Source: Cyanophyceae cyanobacterium
GTDB lineage: Bacteria; Cyanobacteriota; Cyanobacteriia; Cyanobacteriales; JBHJGN01
DNA length: 64,000 nt
Assembly (NCBI GenBank): GCA_050331735.1
Contig: JBHJGN010000029.1
Coordinates: forward strand, 160,001 to 224,000
Direction of reading: 5' to 3'
The position numbers and the translations under genes were made by a program. The notes beneath the pieces are model-generated. The model had not been told where the DNA came from and made no database searches. It saw only the letters and a program-made list of their open reading frames with translations. Positions 9,176 through 20,827 of this stretch are shown piece after piece. Each line of letters begins with the position of its first letter. The stretch's first letter is position 1.

Positions 9176-9868
9176 ATGAAAAAAATCCTGATTGTTGTTC
9201 ATCAAGCGACTTCTACCCCTGGTTTAGTGGGCAAGCTGCTGCAAACGAGGGGCTATGAGTTGGATATCCGGAAACCAAGCTTGGGCGATCGCCTGCCAGA
9301 AACGATGGCTGAGCATGAAGCCGTGATTATTTTTGGCGGTCCGATGAGTGCCAATGACGATCGCACCCTGCCCCACATTCGTCAAGAACTGGACTGGATA
9401 CCTGTTGCGCTTAACTCCAACAAACCGTTTCTGGGCATTTGCCTAGGAGCACAACTGCTGGCACGAGTGCTCGGGGCTAAGGTCACTCCTCACCCAGAAG
9501 GCATGAGAGAAATTGGCTACTATCCAATTCGCACCACGCCAGCCGGACAAGCGCAGTTTGATTCACTAAAGTACGTTTACCACTGGCACCAAGAAGGCTT
9601 TGATTTACCGAGCGGAGCCGTGGCTCTAGCGGAGGGAGAAACGTTTGCTAATCAAGCTTTTCGTTACGGGAAACGGGCCTACGGCTTTCAGTTCCATCCA
9701 GAAATGACGAGAGCCTTAATGAGGTTATGGATGTCAAAGGCCGCCGAGCAACTCAGCTTTCCTGGCGCACAGTCGCCGAGTCAACAGCTACAGCTTCAGG
9801 CACTCTATGGCAGACAAGGCAAACAGTGGCTCAAAGAATTCCTAAGCACTTGGTTGAACGGTAGCTGA
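9176..9868 (+). CDS. Class I glutamine amidotransferase-like protein
   Basis: GGPMSAND, LGICLGAQLL (Cys nucleophile), FQFHPE (His-x-Glu). Confidence 0.88.
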   Translation: MKKILIVVHQATSTPGLVGKLLQTRGYELDIRKPSLGDRLPETMAEHEAVIIFGGPMSANDDRTLPHIRQELDWIPVALNSNKPFLGICLGAQLLARVLGAKVTPHPEGMREIGYYPIRTTPAGQAQFDSLKYVYHWHQEGFDLPSGAVALAEGETFANQAFRYGKRAYGFQFHPEMTRALMRLWMSKAAEQLSFPGAQSPSQQLQLQALYGRQGKQWLKEFLSTWLNGS

Positions 9869-10249
9869 GTCACTGGCGTATCTCCAATAGTCTAGACCAA
9901 CCCCGTTTAAGTAATGACAATTAACGATTAACAATTATTCCACCTAACCACTATTTATCCAGTGACGCCGCTTTTAAAACTCGACCTGTCGCTCATGTAA
10001 CCGCATCACTCTTCAGCACATACGCTATCGGACAGACATTGCTCTAGAACCAATGGTAATTAGTGACCGTTTTTCTATCCTATGGAATATGCAGAAAGGA
10101 AGAAGCGCACTGTAGACTAGCTAACATTCTGGAAGACTATTCATGCGTCTCGACTGCTGGCGAGCTGGTTAGCCGGTAGCTCAACAAATACTGCTTGGCT
10201 CAGTCGAGGTTCTCCTTCCTAGAAACTGTTGACAAGTAGTGACCGATCC

Positions 10250-13200
10250 ATGAGTGCTTCAACAGCAAAGGCAGACAACTTTTTTATTATTGGCATTGGG
10301 GCTTCTGCTGGTGGCGTTCAGGCGTTAGAGGCTTTCTTTAAGCATCTGCCCGATCACCCGAATGGAGCCTTTGTGGTGGTCCAGCATCTGTCACCCAGTC
10401 ATAAAAGCATGATGACGGAAATCTTACAGCGCCGGACGACGCTGCCTGTACAGGAAATTGCCAACAATATGAGGGTTGAGCCCGGTCATGTTTATGTCCT
10501 ACCACCGGGCAAAAATCTCGTCCTCCAGAAACGCCAGTTTCGCCTTCAGAAACAGACCAATACGCTTGATTATCCCATCGACCAGTTTTTTCGCTCCCTC
10601 GCGCAGGGGTGGGGAGAACGAACGGTGGCGATTTTGCTGTCGGGAACGGGCAATGACGGAACGGAAGGACTCCAGGCAATTAGTCGCGTCGGCGGAGTGG
10701 CACTCGTCCAGTCGCCGGAAACGGCTCATTTCACGAGTATGCCGACCAGTCCGATTCCTTCTGGCTTAGTCGATGAAATCTTGTCTCCTCAAGACCTGGC
10801 TCAAACTGTCTACGAACTGATTCGCTATTCCGACAACTTCCCGCAGCCGACTTCAGAAGAGGTCAATCTGATCGATCCGGCTCAGCTCCAGCAGATTTTA
10901 GATATCTTAGCAGAACGAGAAGAGATCGACTTTTCCCACTACAAAGTCAGTACGCTCAGCCGTCGCATCTACCATCGCTGTGCTTTGACCAACAGCAGCG
11001 ATTTAAACAGCTACATTGAGCAGCTCAAAAATTCCGACGAAGAACAAAAACGGCTGCGTCAGGATTTATTAATCGGGGCCACCTGCTTTTTTCGCGATCC
11101 GCCAGCGTGGGAATTTCTCGAGGAGCAGGTATTGCCACAGCTAATTGCGAGTATACAGCCCCAGCAGCAGCTACGAGTGTGGGTTTCGGCCTGTGCCACT
11201 GGAGAAGAAGCCTACTCCGTGGCGATTCTCATTGATGAGGCGATCGCCAAGGCGAAGAAACCCATGTCCGTAAAAATCTTTGCCACTGATTTGGATGCCG
11301 AAGCCCTCGAAGCGGCGGCCAGAGGAGTTTACCCAGAAAATATTGCCAGTCACGTTTCTCCGGAGCGATTGGAGAAATATTTTACTCGCACAAACGATGG
11401 CTATCAGGTCAAGCCATCCCTCAGAGAGATGTTGACGGTTGCTCCCCACGACCTGACCAAAAACGCTGGTTTTTCAAAAATGCAGCTAGTGAGCTGTCGT
11501 AACGTACTCATTTATATGCAGCCCCAGCTTCAGCAACAGGTAATCCGCCTCCTTCAGTTTGCCCTAGCGTCCCAGGGTGTTCTTTTTCTCGGTCACTCGG
11601 AATCCCTCGGCGATTTTGCCGGAGACTTCACCACGCTAGAGCCGAAGTGGAAGATTTTCCGCAAGCGCCGAGAAGCACGGCTGTCGCTGATGCCCATTGC
11701 CCGACAGACGGTTGTGGCTCCCCTGCGACCCTCAACACGAATCAAAAATCGCCTGAATACCCTAGAGCGTCAGCTTGGAGAAGTCTTTAAATATTGCTTA
11801 AACGAGCGGCAGATGACCTGTTTACTCGTCGATCACAACAATCAACTGCTGCGCGTTTTTTACAACACCACTGGGTTGCTTCAGTTTCCAGTCGGAGAAG
11901 CCAATTTTGAGGTCACGGAGATCGTGCCAGCGGCGCTAAAGCTACCGCTCAGTACGGCGCTCCACCGAACGAAGCGAGATCGAGAAACCGTGCTCTACGC
12001 CGGAATTAAACTAGAGCGAGAGGGGCAAGAACAAAACGTGAGCTTGCGAGTCGGACCCGACCGCAGCTCGGCGCTAGAAGATAGTTTCATCATTGTGATA
12101 GAAGTAGAAGTGCCGCCATCCCCAACCTCTGCTATTCAGTTAGATGTTGGCGAAGAAGCGTCGCAACAGATTAGCGAACTGGAGTACGAACTTCAGCAAA
12201 CCCGCGAGAATTTGCAGGTCACCATTGAAGAACTAGAAACGAGCAACGAAGAGCAGCAGGCTACCAACGAAGAACTGCTCGCCTCTAATGAGGAGCTCCA
12301 AAGTACCAACGAAGAACTACAGTCGGTCAACGAGGAACTTTACACCGTCAATGCTGAGTACCAGAGCAAAATCCAGGAATTGACCCAGCTCAATAGCGAC
12401 ATGGACAATTTGCTCCGCAGTACTGAAATTGGCGTACTCTTTCTCGACGATCGCCTGAATATTCGCAAGTTTACGCCCGCCGTTACTCAAGTTGTCAACC
12501 TTAAGTCAGCGGATTTGGGTCGTCCTCTAGCCGATCTCACCAACAATCTCGATTGCCCCAATTTACTCGCCATGCTTCAGCAGACTCTCGATAGTGGAGA
12601 AGCTTCAGAGCAGGAAGTGAAAACTTCAGAGGGCGTGTTGCTGATGCGGATTAATCCTTATCTTGAAACCAACGATGGTCAAAATGGGGTTGTTGTAACG
12701 TTTATCAGTATTGACGAACAAAAAAACGTTCAGGAGCAACTCGATCGCTTAAACGCCATTTTAGAAAATATCTATGCAACCAGCCCAGCGGGTTTAAGCC
12801 TCTTCGATCAGAACCTGAGATACTCCAAGGTTAACCAGGCGTTAGCCGATATCAACGGTGTTTCGGTTGAAGAACATCTTGGTAAAACCGTCAGAGAAGT
12901 TTTGCCAGAGTTAGCAGAACGGATCGAGCCAATCTTGCAGCAGGTCATTGCTAGCGGTGAGCCGATTAAAAATATTGAAATTCGGGGCCGGACATCATCA
13001 GCTCCCGAGCAAGAGCGCTGCTGGACAGCAAGTTACTACCCCGTCGATCTCCTGGACGACAAGCGAGGCGTGGGGGCGGTCGTGGTCGAAATGACTGAGC
13101 GCCTTCAGGCAGAAGAGGCGCTGCAACGCAGCGAGGCGAAGCTTTTAGAGGCACAACATCTCGCCGGACTCGGCAATTGGGAATTAACGGAGGAAGAATT

Positions 13201-14710
13201 TAAGTTGACCACGGCGCGACCAGTCTGGTCGAAGGAACTGTATCGCATCTACGGATTTGACCCGCAACAGCCGCCTCCTATCTTGGCTCAACTGCTGGAG
13301 CACCACGCTCCAGACGACCGCGTACTGCTAGAAGGCGCGCTTGCCCGCCTTGTTGCCGAGGGAGCCTCCTTTCGCCTGGATGTCAAATTTCAGCGCCCGG
13401 ATGGAGAGGAGCGCTACCTCAACATGACCGGACGAGGGATGCAGGACGAGCAGGGAGTGATCAAGATTTATGGAACCGTCACAGACATCACAGAGCGCAA
13501 GCAAGCTGAAGCCAGCCTGCTCCAGCAGAAACAGGCGTTGGAAGAAGCGATCGCCGTGGCTCAAGCTGCTGACTCTGCTAATCAGGCCAAGAGCGAGTTC
13601 CTGGCCAATATGAGCCACGAAATTCGTACGCCCCTCAATTCGATGCTCGGTTTTTGCGAACTGCTGTCTCGAACTCAACTTAACCCCGTTCAATCCCAGT
13701 ATTTGAAAACGATTCAAGCAAATGGCAAAAATCTCTTGACGGTCATTAGCGATATTCTCGATCTGTCTAAACTAGAAGCGAGGGAACTGCGGCTAGATCT
13801 GCGCGAGTTTGACGTTAGTAGTTTATCTCAGTCAGTTCTTAATTCCTTTGCTCCCCAAGCGGAAGCCAAAGGACTGAACTTAGTCTCTACAATCGCTGCG
13901 GATATTCCCCAACGCTCAGTTGGAGATGATTTTCGCCTTCAGCAAGTCCTTGGCAATCTGCTGAGCAACGCCATTAAATTCACTGAAACCGGGCAGATCG
14001 AGCTAGCCGTTTCAGTTGATCGCTCAGCACAGCAGCCCCGGCTGCGTTTTCGCATTCGAGATACAGGCATCGGCATTGCTGATGAGGAACAAGAAAAGTT
14101 ATTTCAGCCCTTTACGCAAGCAGATGCCTCAATTACTCGTCAGTACGGCGGTACGGGCCTAGGATTAACCATTTGCCGGAGAATTGTGCAGTTAATGGGT
14201 GGCACGATTGGCGTAGACAGCACCCCAGGGGAAGGCTCGACGTTCTGGTTTGCGGTCCCCCTAATTTCGGCAGCAGAGGAGGCGGGGAAGAGCGATTTAA
14301 ACCCATCCTCTACCTCAGCTCCTGCTCGTTTAGAGGAATTAAGGGTGCTAGTGGTGGATGATCGCCCAGATGGACGGAACCTGATGCTCCTGTTGCTAGA
14401 GGATTTGGGCTGTCAGACTCATTGGGCGAGTGACGGTCAGGAGGCTCTCGCCCGTCTAGCTGAACGCGAGTACGATGTTGTGCTGATGGACTGTCAAATG
14501 CCCGTGATGGACGGGTATCAGGCGACGCGAAGGCTGCGCCAGCGGAACGGGCAGCACCAGCCAGTTGTGATCGGGCTCACGGCTCATGCCCTTGAGGGCG
14601 ATCGCGAAAAGTGTTTGGCGGCGGGAATGGATGATTATTTGAGTAAACCCATTGATATCGACCTCTTGGAACAGCGCCTCTTACAGTGGTCGGAAGCGCG
14701 CAGAAGCTAG
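10250..14710 (+). CDS. CheB-CheR-PAS hybrid histidine kinase with C-terminal receiver
   Basis: CheB motifs [18 protein letters not shown]; CheR motifs [28 protein letters not shown] coiled coil; PAS domains; H-box [10 protein letters not shown]; HATPase [38 protein letters not shown]. Confidence 0.92.
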   Translation: MSASTAKADNFFIIGIGASAGGVQALEAFFKHLPDHPNGAFVVVQHLSPSHKSMMTEILQRRTTLPVQEIANNMRVEPGHVYVLPPGKNLVLQKRQFRLQKQTNTLDYPIDQFFRSLAQGWGERTVAILLSGTGNDGTEGLQAISRVGGVALVQSPETAHFTSMPTSPIPSGLVDEILSPQDLAQTVYELIRYSDNFPQPTSEEVNLIDPAQLQQILDILAEREEIDFSHYKVSTLSRRIYHRCALTNSSDLNSYIEQLKNSDEEQKRLRQDLLIGATCFFRDPPAWEFLEEQVLPQLIASIQPQQQLRVWVSACATGEEAYSVAILIDEAIAKAKKPMSVKIFATDLDAEALEAAARGVYPENIASHVSPERLEKYFTRTNDGYQVKPSLREMLTVAPHDLTKNAGFSKMQLVSCRNVLIYMQPQLQQQVIRLLQFALASQGVLFLGHSESLGDFAGDFTTLEPKWKIFRKRREARLSLMPIARQTVVAPLRPSTRIKNRLNTLERQLGEVFKYCLNERQMTCLLVDHNNQLLRVFYNTTGLLQFPVGEANFEVTEIVPAALKLPLSTALHRTKRDRETVLYAGIKLEREGQEQNVSLRVGPDRSSALEDSFIIVIEVEVPPSPTSAIQLDVGEEASQQISELEYELQQTRENLQVTIEELETSNEEQQATNEELLASNEELQSTNEELQSVNEELYTVNAEYQSKIQELTQLNSDMDNLLRSTEIGVLFLDDRLNIRKFTPAVTQVVNLKSADLGRPLADLTNNLDCPNLLAMLQQTLDSGEASEQEVKTSEGVLLMRINPYLETNDGQNGVVVTFISIDEQKNVQEQLDRLNAILENIYATSPAGLSLFDQNLRYSKVNQALADINGVSVEEHLGKTVREVLPELAERIEPILQQVIASGEPIKNIEIRGRTSSAPEQERCWTASYYPVDLLDDKRGVGAVVVEMTERLQAEEALQRSEAKLLEAQHLAGLGNWELTEEEFKLTTARPVWSKELYRIYGFDPQQPPPILAQLLEHHAPDDRVLLEGALARLVAEGASFRLDVKFQRPDGEERYLNMTGRGMQDEQGVIKIYGTVTDITERKQAEASLLQQKQALEEAIAVAQAADSANQAKSEFLANMSHEIRTPLNSMLGFCELLSRTQLNPVQSQYLKTIQANGKNLLTVISDILDLSKLEARELRLDLREFDVSSLSQSVLNSFAPQAEAKGLNLVSTIAADIPQRSVGDDFRLQQVLGNLLSNAIKFTETGQIELAVSVDRSAQQPRLRFRIRDTGIGIADEEQEKLFQPFTQADASITRQYGGTGLGLTICRRIVQLMGGTIGVDSTPGEGSTFWFAVPLISAAEEAGKSDLNPSSTSAPARLEELRVLVVDDRPDGRNLMLLLLEDLGCQTHWASDGQEALARLAEREYDVVLMDCQMPVMDGYQATRRLRQRNGQHQPVVIGLTAHALEGDREKCLAAGMDDYLSKPIDIDLLEQRLLQWSEARRS

Positions 14711-15651
14711 CGATGGGTTAAGACAATCTTGCCAACGGCATGACTTTTTTCGCTGTAGTCGTGGGCTTTAACAATTTCCGAGAGGGGATAAACCCGATCA
14801 ATGACGGAGTGAACTTTGCCAGATTCAACGAGCTGCCGGAGTGCCTTGAGGTCGCGGTAGCTTGGTTGAGCCAACACCAATTTGGCCTTCTTACAGGGTA
14901 GCAAGGAGGATATCAAGGACGGAGCCAGATTGAGGGGAGTTGGGAGCGTAGAAATATAAATTCCTTGAGGGGTGAGTGCCTGTTCGCACTCAAAAAACGT
15001 TCGTTTGCCCACAGCATCGAAAATAATGTCGTACTCCTTAAGCAGTTGGGTAAAGTCTTGCTGAGAGTAATCGATAACGGCTTCAGCCCCCAAAGACTGC
15101 ACGAGGTCGAAGTTTTTGGAGCTGCACACCGCCGTTACTTGGGCAAACATCGCTTTGGCAATCTGCACGGCAAACGTCCCGACTCCGCCAGAAGCTCCAT
15201 TAATGAGCACCTGCTGTCCGGGGCGCATCTGGCCTAAATCGAGCAAGGACTGTAGCGCCGTGAGCGCCGCCACTGGAACCGCCGCCGCTTCCTCAAAGCT
15301 CATATTGCCAGGTTTAGGGGCCGTTCCTGACTCCGGAGCCGCAACATACTCTGCATAGGCTCCTCCGTCTAGCGGATTGACCATGCCGTACACCTCATCG
15401 CCCGGTTGAAACAGAGTCACCTCTGCGCCAACGGCTTCTACGACTCCCGCGAAATCGCAGCCGAGGATGAGGGGAAAGTCATAGCCCGACAGAAGCTGGA
15501 GGTCGCCTTTCCTAATCTTCCAATCTACCGGATTTACGCTAGAGGCATACACTCTCACGAGGAGGCGGTTGGGGGCAAGTGCTGGCTGGTCTACGTCTCG
15601 GTACTGCAAGACATCGGAGAGACCGTATTGATTAATCGTGACGGCTTTCAT
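14707..15651 (-). CDS. NADP-dependent oxidoreductase (MDR, quinone oxidoreductase-like)
   Basis: [35 protein letters not shown]. Confidence 0.88.
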   Translation of the reverse strand: MKAVTINQYGLSDVLQYRDVDQPALAPNRLLVRVYASSVNPVDWKIRKGDLQLLSGYDFPLILGCDFAGVVEAVGAEVTLFQPGDEVYGMVNPLDGGAYAEYVAAPESGTAPKPGNMSFEEAAAVPVAALTALQSLLDLGQMRPGQQVLINGASGGVGTFAVQIAKAMFAQVTAVCSSKNFDLVQSLGAEAVIDYSQQDFTQLLKEYDIIFDAVGKRTFFECEQALTPQGIYISTLPTPLNLAPSLISSLLPCKKAKLVLAQPSYRDLKALRQLVESGKVHSVIDRVYPLSEIVKAHDYSEKSHAVGKIVLTHR

Positions 15652-15918
15652 CGCAGGTGGGATCGGCAGGAAGGTTTTCAATCATCTTAAGCGGATTCTG
15701 CCGTCATTTTAATGCCGAGAGGTGCGGCGATATTCGATGCTGACAGTGGCAGCAGTACCGCAAATAGGCCGCTCTACGTCTGTTAACTCTAGCTCTGGGA
15801 CTGCGCTAGTTCTTCCTCAGACAGAGGCCAAGGAGGACCATCGCCTGCTGCCAGTCGGGGTCGAGGTTGAATAAAAATGAAGCAGTGATGATTTAAGTTT
15901 AACGGTGTCGGCAACGTC

Positions 15919-16668
15919 ATGTCCCAAATTCAACTACTCGAAGAACTCTCCCTCAATGCTTGGCCTGCCCTCCAGCAAATCCTCTACGATGGCTGGCTAC
16001 TCCGATTTGCGGAAGGATATACAAAACGCGCCAATTCGGTAAATGTCGTCTATCCGGGACGGCGAAATTTGCGAGAAAAAGTGACCAGGTGCGAACAAAT
16101 TTATCGCCGTAAAAACCTTACGCCCATTTTTCGGATCACTCCTTTAGCTCCCCCTGATTTAGATCGACTATTAGCGAACAGCGGCTACGGTAAACGAGAT
16201 TTAGTGAGCGTTCGAGTGAGAGATTTAAGCGACGCTCAGTTCATCACGCCATCAAAGCAGGCATCATTTCACAGTGAAAACTGGTTGACCCAAGAATGGC
16301 TCGATCACTTCGTCCACATCAGTCATCTGCCGCTCACCGAGTGGGAACTGCTCGCCGCTATTCTGCAAAACATTGCGGCTCAAACCTGCTTTGCGTTTTT
16401 GGTCAAGAATGCTCAAGTTGTCTCCTGCGGCATAGGAGTTCTCGAAAAACACTCCTTGGGACTGTTTGACATCATTACGGCTCAGTCTCAGCGGCGACAG
16501 GGCTATGCTCAGGAGCTGATTGCCGGAATGATAGCGTGGGGAAAAAACCACGGAGCTACTCAGGCTTATCTGCAAGTTGTAATGGAGAATAAACCAGCTC
16601 TGGAGCTGTATCGCCAGCTCGGATTCGAGGAAGTCTATCAGTATTATTACCGAATTAAGCAGCAGTAA
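15919..16668 (+). CDS. GNAT-family N-acetyltransferase
   Basis: GWLLRFAEGYTKRANSV, QRRQGYA acetyl-CoA motif A, N..ALELYRQLGF. Confidence 0.88.
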   Translation: MSQIQLLEELSLNAWPALQQILYDGWLLRFAEGYTKRANSVNVVYPGRRNLREKVTRCEQIYRRKNLTPIFRITPLAPPDLDRLLANSGYGKRDLVSVRVRDLSDAQFITPSKQASFHSENWLTQEWLDHFVHISHLPLTEWELLAAILQNIAAQTCFAFLVKNAQVVSCGIGVLEKHSLGLFDIITAQSQRRQGYAQELIAGMIAWGKNHGATQAYLQVVMENKPALELYRQLGFEEVYQYYYRIKQQ

Positions 16669-16795
16669 CTTGACCTGGATACCGGGCGATCGCTAGTTTG
16701 TTATCGGTTATAGTAAGCTGAGGGTAAGGAGTTGGTCATCGATCAAGACTGCTTCCCACTGACCTAAGCTCAACTTCTCTAATTCTTGTCAACCA

Positions 16796-17689
16796 TCAAC
16801 CATCTTGGGGATAATCTACAAGAGCAGATGGAGATACTGAAAAAGTAATTTGAACGCGGATACGATTGTAGAGGAGTGCAATCTTCTGAAATACAGTTGA
16901 AAAAGGCTGAAAAAATTTTCGTCCCGAGCGCTCAATCTGACGCTGCTTCTCAAAATAGACAATCTTCGCCTCTGGCGTAGTTTGTCCTTTTCTAATTTTA
17001 GTTCTTTCGATGCGATCATCAAAGAAGTCTAAGCCAGCCATTTCGCTACGGTAAACGGGAAAATGACTTTTGCCCGCAGCTAAAGCCATAGCATAGGTTG
17101 GGTGTTTATGCATTCCCAAGGTATCAGCATAGATTGCCAGCTCCCCCCACGTCTTCAGAAAGTCATACTCTCGTCCTTCATCAGCCGTAACGACAAACAA
17201 AAACTCATTGATGAATTTCAATTCTGTAGATTTAAGCTCAACACCGACTCGGGCAGCCATTTTGTCAATGACTTGCTTTTTGTGCTGAAACTTAGGCGAG
17301 TCGGCATGTTTGTTCAATTGTTTGTTGAGATGTTCCTGTAAACTTCCACAGCTACGTGCCGTCAAGCCAGGAAGAAAATGAAGCGGAGGAACCGGAGCAC
17401 AAATTCTGACATCGGCATCTAAGTACATGACGGAAGAAGCTCTAGAAAGAGCTTCCCAGATTACAAATCTTCTTTCGTGGTAAGGCATTACTCCTCGGCA
17501 CGAATGTTTGACTGCCTGTACGTTCGGGCAGCCTTCGAATAGATGAGGTCTATCTGTATAAACAAGCAAGAGGAAACCTGGAGCGAATTCGTGTAAATCT
17601 TGAGCGAGAAGCTGTGCCATCAGATTATACTTCTCGCCAAAAGCAGATGTACAAAAACAAAGAGACGAGTTGGCTTTACTGTCTTCCAT
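16796..17689 (-). CDS. Putative GT-A-fold glycosyltransferase-like protein
   Basis: VYTDRP and a DxD motif (MYLDAD); last gene of the glycan cluster. Confidence 0.55.
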   Translation of the reverse strand: MEDSKANSSLCFCTSAFGEKYNLMAQLLAQDLHEFAPGFLLLVYTDRPHLFEGCPNVQAVKHSCRGVMPYHERRFVIWEALSRASSVMYLDADVRICAPVPPLHFLPGLTARSCGSLQEHLNKQLNKHADSPKFQHKKQVIDKMAARVGVELKSTELKFINEFLFVVTADEGREYDFLKTWGELAIYADTLGMHKHPTYAMALAAGKSHFPVYRSEMAGLDFFDDRIERTKIRKGQTTPEAKIVYFEKQRQIERSGRKFFQPFSTVFQKIALLYNRIRVQITFSVSPSALVDYPQDG

Positions 17690-17818
17690 AAGGTAAGGGA
17701 TATCGGCCCGCCAACTAGATGCAGGCGATTAATATTTCGTTTAAAGTTAAACACCAACGCTGCCATTTTATGCTGTTACTTTCTATCGGTCAAAAGTAAG
17801 CGAGAAACAGCGGTCGGG

Positions 17819-18661
17819 CTATAAGATTGGACCAAATATCTCCTCAGAAAGTTCATTGAGTTCTTTGTTTGCTAAGACCTTTAGCATGACTGGGTGATCT
17901 AAGTATTTTTGATATCGAAGCAGCACAGGCATTTGACTTGCCTTACCATCATAAGCCGTTTTGTCAAAAGAACTACCCCGACCAACAGCAGAAACCGTAT
18001 CAATGCCAGCATCTGTAAAAGATAACCCTAGAGATTGAGCAAGTTCCTGTCTATACTGCTTGTCGGTAAACCAGTAATTATAGTTGACAGAAACTCGATT
18101 TTGAAGGTAGCTCGATAACCCTAAGTATTCCTTGGCATGGTCTATCCATTTTTGAATGACCGCATGGGGATCGTCGAGCTTTTCGCCTCGCTTAATCAAG
18201 CTAGCGAAAGTATTATAAGGATCTCGCAAGAGCAGAAGATCAAAGCAACGTTGGCTTTTTCCTAAAAATTTCGTTCGTTTTTCCTCAAACCACGAGCCAA
18301 GAACCTGACTCAGAGTATAATGCTCGTAACTATGAATCAGTAAAGTCTTAAACTGTATTCTTAATTGTTCTCGATCTAGTTCTGGGCGGTTTCCTCCATA
18401 AATGTATGCAACATCAGGCTGTAGCGAATATTTGATGAAGCGGCGAAATTTAACGACGCCTTGATGATAAACAAGCGGATTAATTCCGCTGATGGTGGCT
18501 TCTGCAAAGCTTTTATAAGGATCTTTGTTCGTATAGAGTTTGACGTTGTTTAAATGAACAAAAGAGTCATTGTTTTGCTTAACAATCCAGTTTATAAGAG
18601 CATGATTGCCACTACGACGTAAACCAAAACAACTTATTTCCCGATTATTAACGTAGCTCAT
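17819..18661 (-). CDS. Sulfotransferase-like protein
   Basis: 5'-PSB-like GLRRSGNHA and 3'-PB-like LLRDPYNTFAS. Confidence 0.65.
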   Translation of the reverse strand: MSYVNNREISCFGLRRSGNHALINWIVKQNNDSFVHLNNVKLYTNKDPYKSFAEATISGINPLVYHQGVVKFRRFIKYSLQPDVAYIYGGNRPELDREQLRIQFKTLLIHSYEHYTLSQVLGSWFEEKRTKFLGKSQRCFDLLLLRDPYNTFASLIKRGEKLDDPHAVIQKWIDHAKEYLGLSSYLQNRVSVNYNYWFTDKQYRQELAQSLGLSFTDAGIDTVSAVGRGSSFDKTAYDGKASQMPVLLRYQKYLDHPVMLKVLANKELNELSEEIFGPIL

Positions 18662-18858
18662 TGTCTAATTTTTATTGCCAGCTTGAGGTTGGTTAATTAA
18701 ATTTTCTTGTATAATGCCTAATGAAACAGTGCCAAAAACTATTCTCTTGTTAGACTCACAAACCTCTAAGTCAATAGCAGTTAATTGGTTTAAGATCATA
18801 CTGACAGCCTTTACTCACCTGTCAATTAGTTTTACTGAAGTTTCTAAGAGGCTAGACA

Positions 18859-19782
18859 TCAATTATTGAAATCTAATGTGCTTTTAAGTTTTTCTTTAAT
18901 TTGCTGCCATCGACTCGGTTTGGTTGTGAGTTCCCTATCGGGTGGCGCTGAGGAATGAAGATAGCGGTAGTGCTTCCAAATATCCCAGTAAGGACAACCG
19001 GGATAAATTCGGATGCCTGCCCAATGGAGATATTGCAGAGGTTGATTCGTTTTTGGATCAATTAGAATGTTATCTTTCCTTTGAAAATGGTCACTGCCTG
19101 CCCAGCTACCGGGAGCTTTTCCAGGTCTGCGCACAATGTTAAAGCGTCGTTTAATTCGCTTTAACACCAAATAATTGATAATTGGCTGGTCTGACGTTTT
19201 TTGAGAAAAGTCGAAGTATTCTGGATGAGCGGCACATTCAGCAAATGATTCATAGAGTTCCGCTTCGGAAATGGCGTTTTTCTTCGAAGCCCAAAAGCCG
19301 CTGTTGAAAATATCGAGAAGATCGTCTTGGGTGAAAAGCTTTTCTTCAATGACTTTTGATGTAAAAACATTTTCAATGCCTCCAGTGTATTGATAATCGC
19401 AGCACAGAAAATCATAGTCTGTGAGGTAATTGAGATTGTCTACCAGTTTTTCAAAAACAACAACGTCTGTATCGATGTAGAGAAATTCATCAAATTCTCC
19501 TAACCAGCAGGCTAGCTTGCGTAGCTGATTAATGGGACGAGCAAAAAAACCTTGGCCAAAAATATCGTTGAGCTTTTGAGATAGCCTTTCAATCACTTCT
19601 AAATCGGCATAAACTTTGACTCCGTAATCTTTTGCTAGCAGACGAGCTAGGTTTTCGTAGTGATCGTTGTAGGGAATCAAGACAATCGGGGTCTGCGGAT
19701 CATACAGCCGAATGCTGTTCAGCAGGGCGATCGCCTGTTCGGTCACTTTGTCGTTGGCGGTAATATAAATTCCACGGCTCAT
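18859..19782 (-). CDS. Npun_R2821/Npun_R2822-type putative glycosyltransferase (GT8-like)
   Basis: GIYITAND, FLYIDTD (DxD), FNSGFW, SDQPIINY, YLHWAG. Confidence 0.75.
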   Translation of the reverse strand: MSRGIYITANDKVTEQAIALLNSIRLYDPQTPIVLIPYNDHYENLARLLAKDYGVKVYADLEVIERLSQKLNDIFGQGFFARPINQLRKLACWLGEFDEFLYIDTDVVVFEKLVDNLNYLTDYDFLCCDYQYTGGIENVFTSKVIEEKLFTQDDLLDIFNSGFWASKKNAISEAELYESFAECAAHPEYFDFSQKTSDQPIINYLVLKRIKRRFNIVRRPGKAPGSWAGSDHFQRKDNILIDPKTNQPLQYLHWAGIRIYPGCPYWDIWKHYRYLHSSAPPDRELTTKPSRWQQIKEKLKSTLDFNN

Positions 19783-19792
19783 GATTGACTCC

Positions 19793-20785
19793 TCACTTAA
19801 GTCCTAACTTCCGGGCTACCTTAGCGATCATACTAGGAGGCTGGTTATACGGCTGGGGCTTGGTGGTAAACTGCGGTCTGTTTTCGGGGTCGTGAAGATA
19901 GCGATAGTGAAGAAATAAATCTCGATAGGGAAAATCAACATTTTCTCCAGCACAGGCTCGAGCAAATAATCTTGAAGACAAGCCGATATAGTGAATGTAG
20001 GTTAAGCGGTTGTCCTGATCGTAGAGAACGTTGTTCTTGGTTTGAAAGTGACTAGAAGTTACGCAGCAGCCTGTTGTGTCTGCTGGCGGTAACTGCAAAG
20101 CAAAGTTGTAAATCGAGGATTGAGTCCTCATCATCATATAGTTAATTAAAGTTTGGTCGGGAGCCATCGGATAAAGAATTTCAGCCTCACCTGAACCTAG
20201 CTGTGCAATCAACCACTCTCTTTTTTCTTCTGGAAATAAATTCTGTTGAGAAGCGTAAAACCCAGAACAAAAGATCTGGGTGTCAATTTGCGGCTGCGGA
20301 AAAATTGCCGTCAGCCGAGGAGCAGAAAGCTCGTATACGTGGCTTGGATCTTTGTACTGGAAGTCGTAAACCACACAGTCATGGTGCTGTAGTTGAGCAA
20401 ACACTGATTCTACTGGTCCCATCAGCAAAGTATCAGCATCCATGTAGAGAAACTGCTGAAAAGGACCGTCAAAAGCGCAGTAGCGTCTGTGAGTACCAAA
20501 GCGATGGTAGCCGGCGCTTCCAGCTTGTTGCCACCGCTGGCGAGCCGTCGGATGAGTATCCCAGGCTGCCTGAGCAAAACGATCCCATCGCTGTAGTGAC
20601 TCTCGCTCGTCGTAGAGCTGCACTTGAGGACGATGAGCAATGGCAGCAGCAATTCGTTCAGTGCGCTCGTCGTAAGGATAGATACAGACGGGAGTTTCTC
20701 GTCCGAGGATGTCTTCGATGCTGTTCAGCAGAGCAATGAGCTGGTCGTACACCCGATCGTTCGCTAGAGTACAGATTCCGTTCAT
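19793..20785 (-). CDS. Npun_R2821/Npun_R2822-type putative glycosyltransferase (GT8-like), paralogue of the adjacent gene
   Basis: GICTLAND, FLYMDAD (DxD), FCSGFY, PDQTLINY, YIHYIG. Confidence 0.75.
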   Translation of the reverse strand: MNGICTLANDRVYDQLIALLNSIEDILGRETPVCIYPYDERTERIAAAIAHRPQVQLYDERESLQRWDRFAQAAWDTHPTARQRWQQAGSAGYHRFGTHRRYCAFDGPFQQFLYMDADTLLMGPVESVFAQLQHHDCVVYDFQYKDPSHVYELSAPRLTAIFPQPQIDTQIFCSGFYASQQNLFPEEKREWLIAQLGSGEAEILYPMAPDQTLINYMMMRTQSSIYNFALQLPPADTTGCCVTSSHFQTKNNVLYDQDNRLTYIHYIGLSSRLFARACAGENVDFPYRDLFLHYRYLHDPENRPQFTTKPQPYNQPPSMIAKVARKLGLK

Positions 20786-20827
20786 GGCTAATTAAGACCT
20801 TCAATGGTGAGGCGACGGTATTGTTTT

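Noticed and set aside
12180..12370. GAAGAA/AACGAA repeats as a DNA-level repeat element
   Set aside because: They encode the NEELQS heptad coiled coil typical of CheB-CheR fusions
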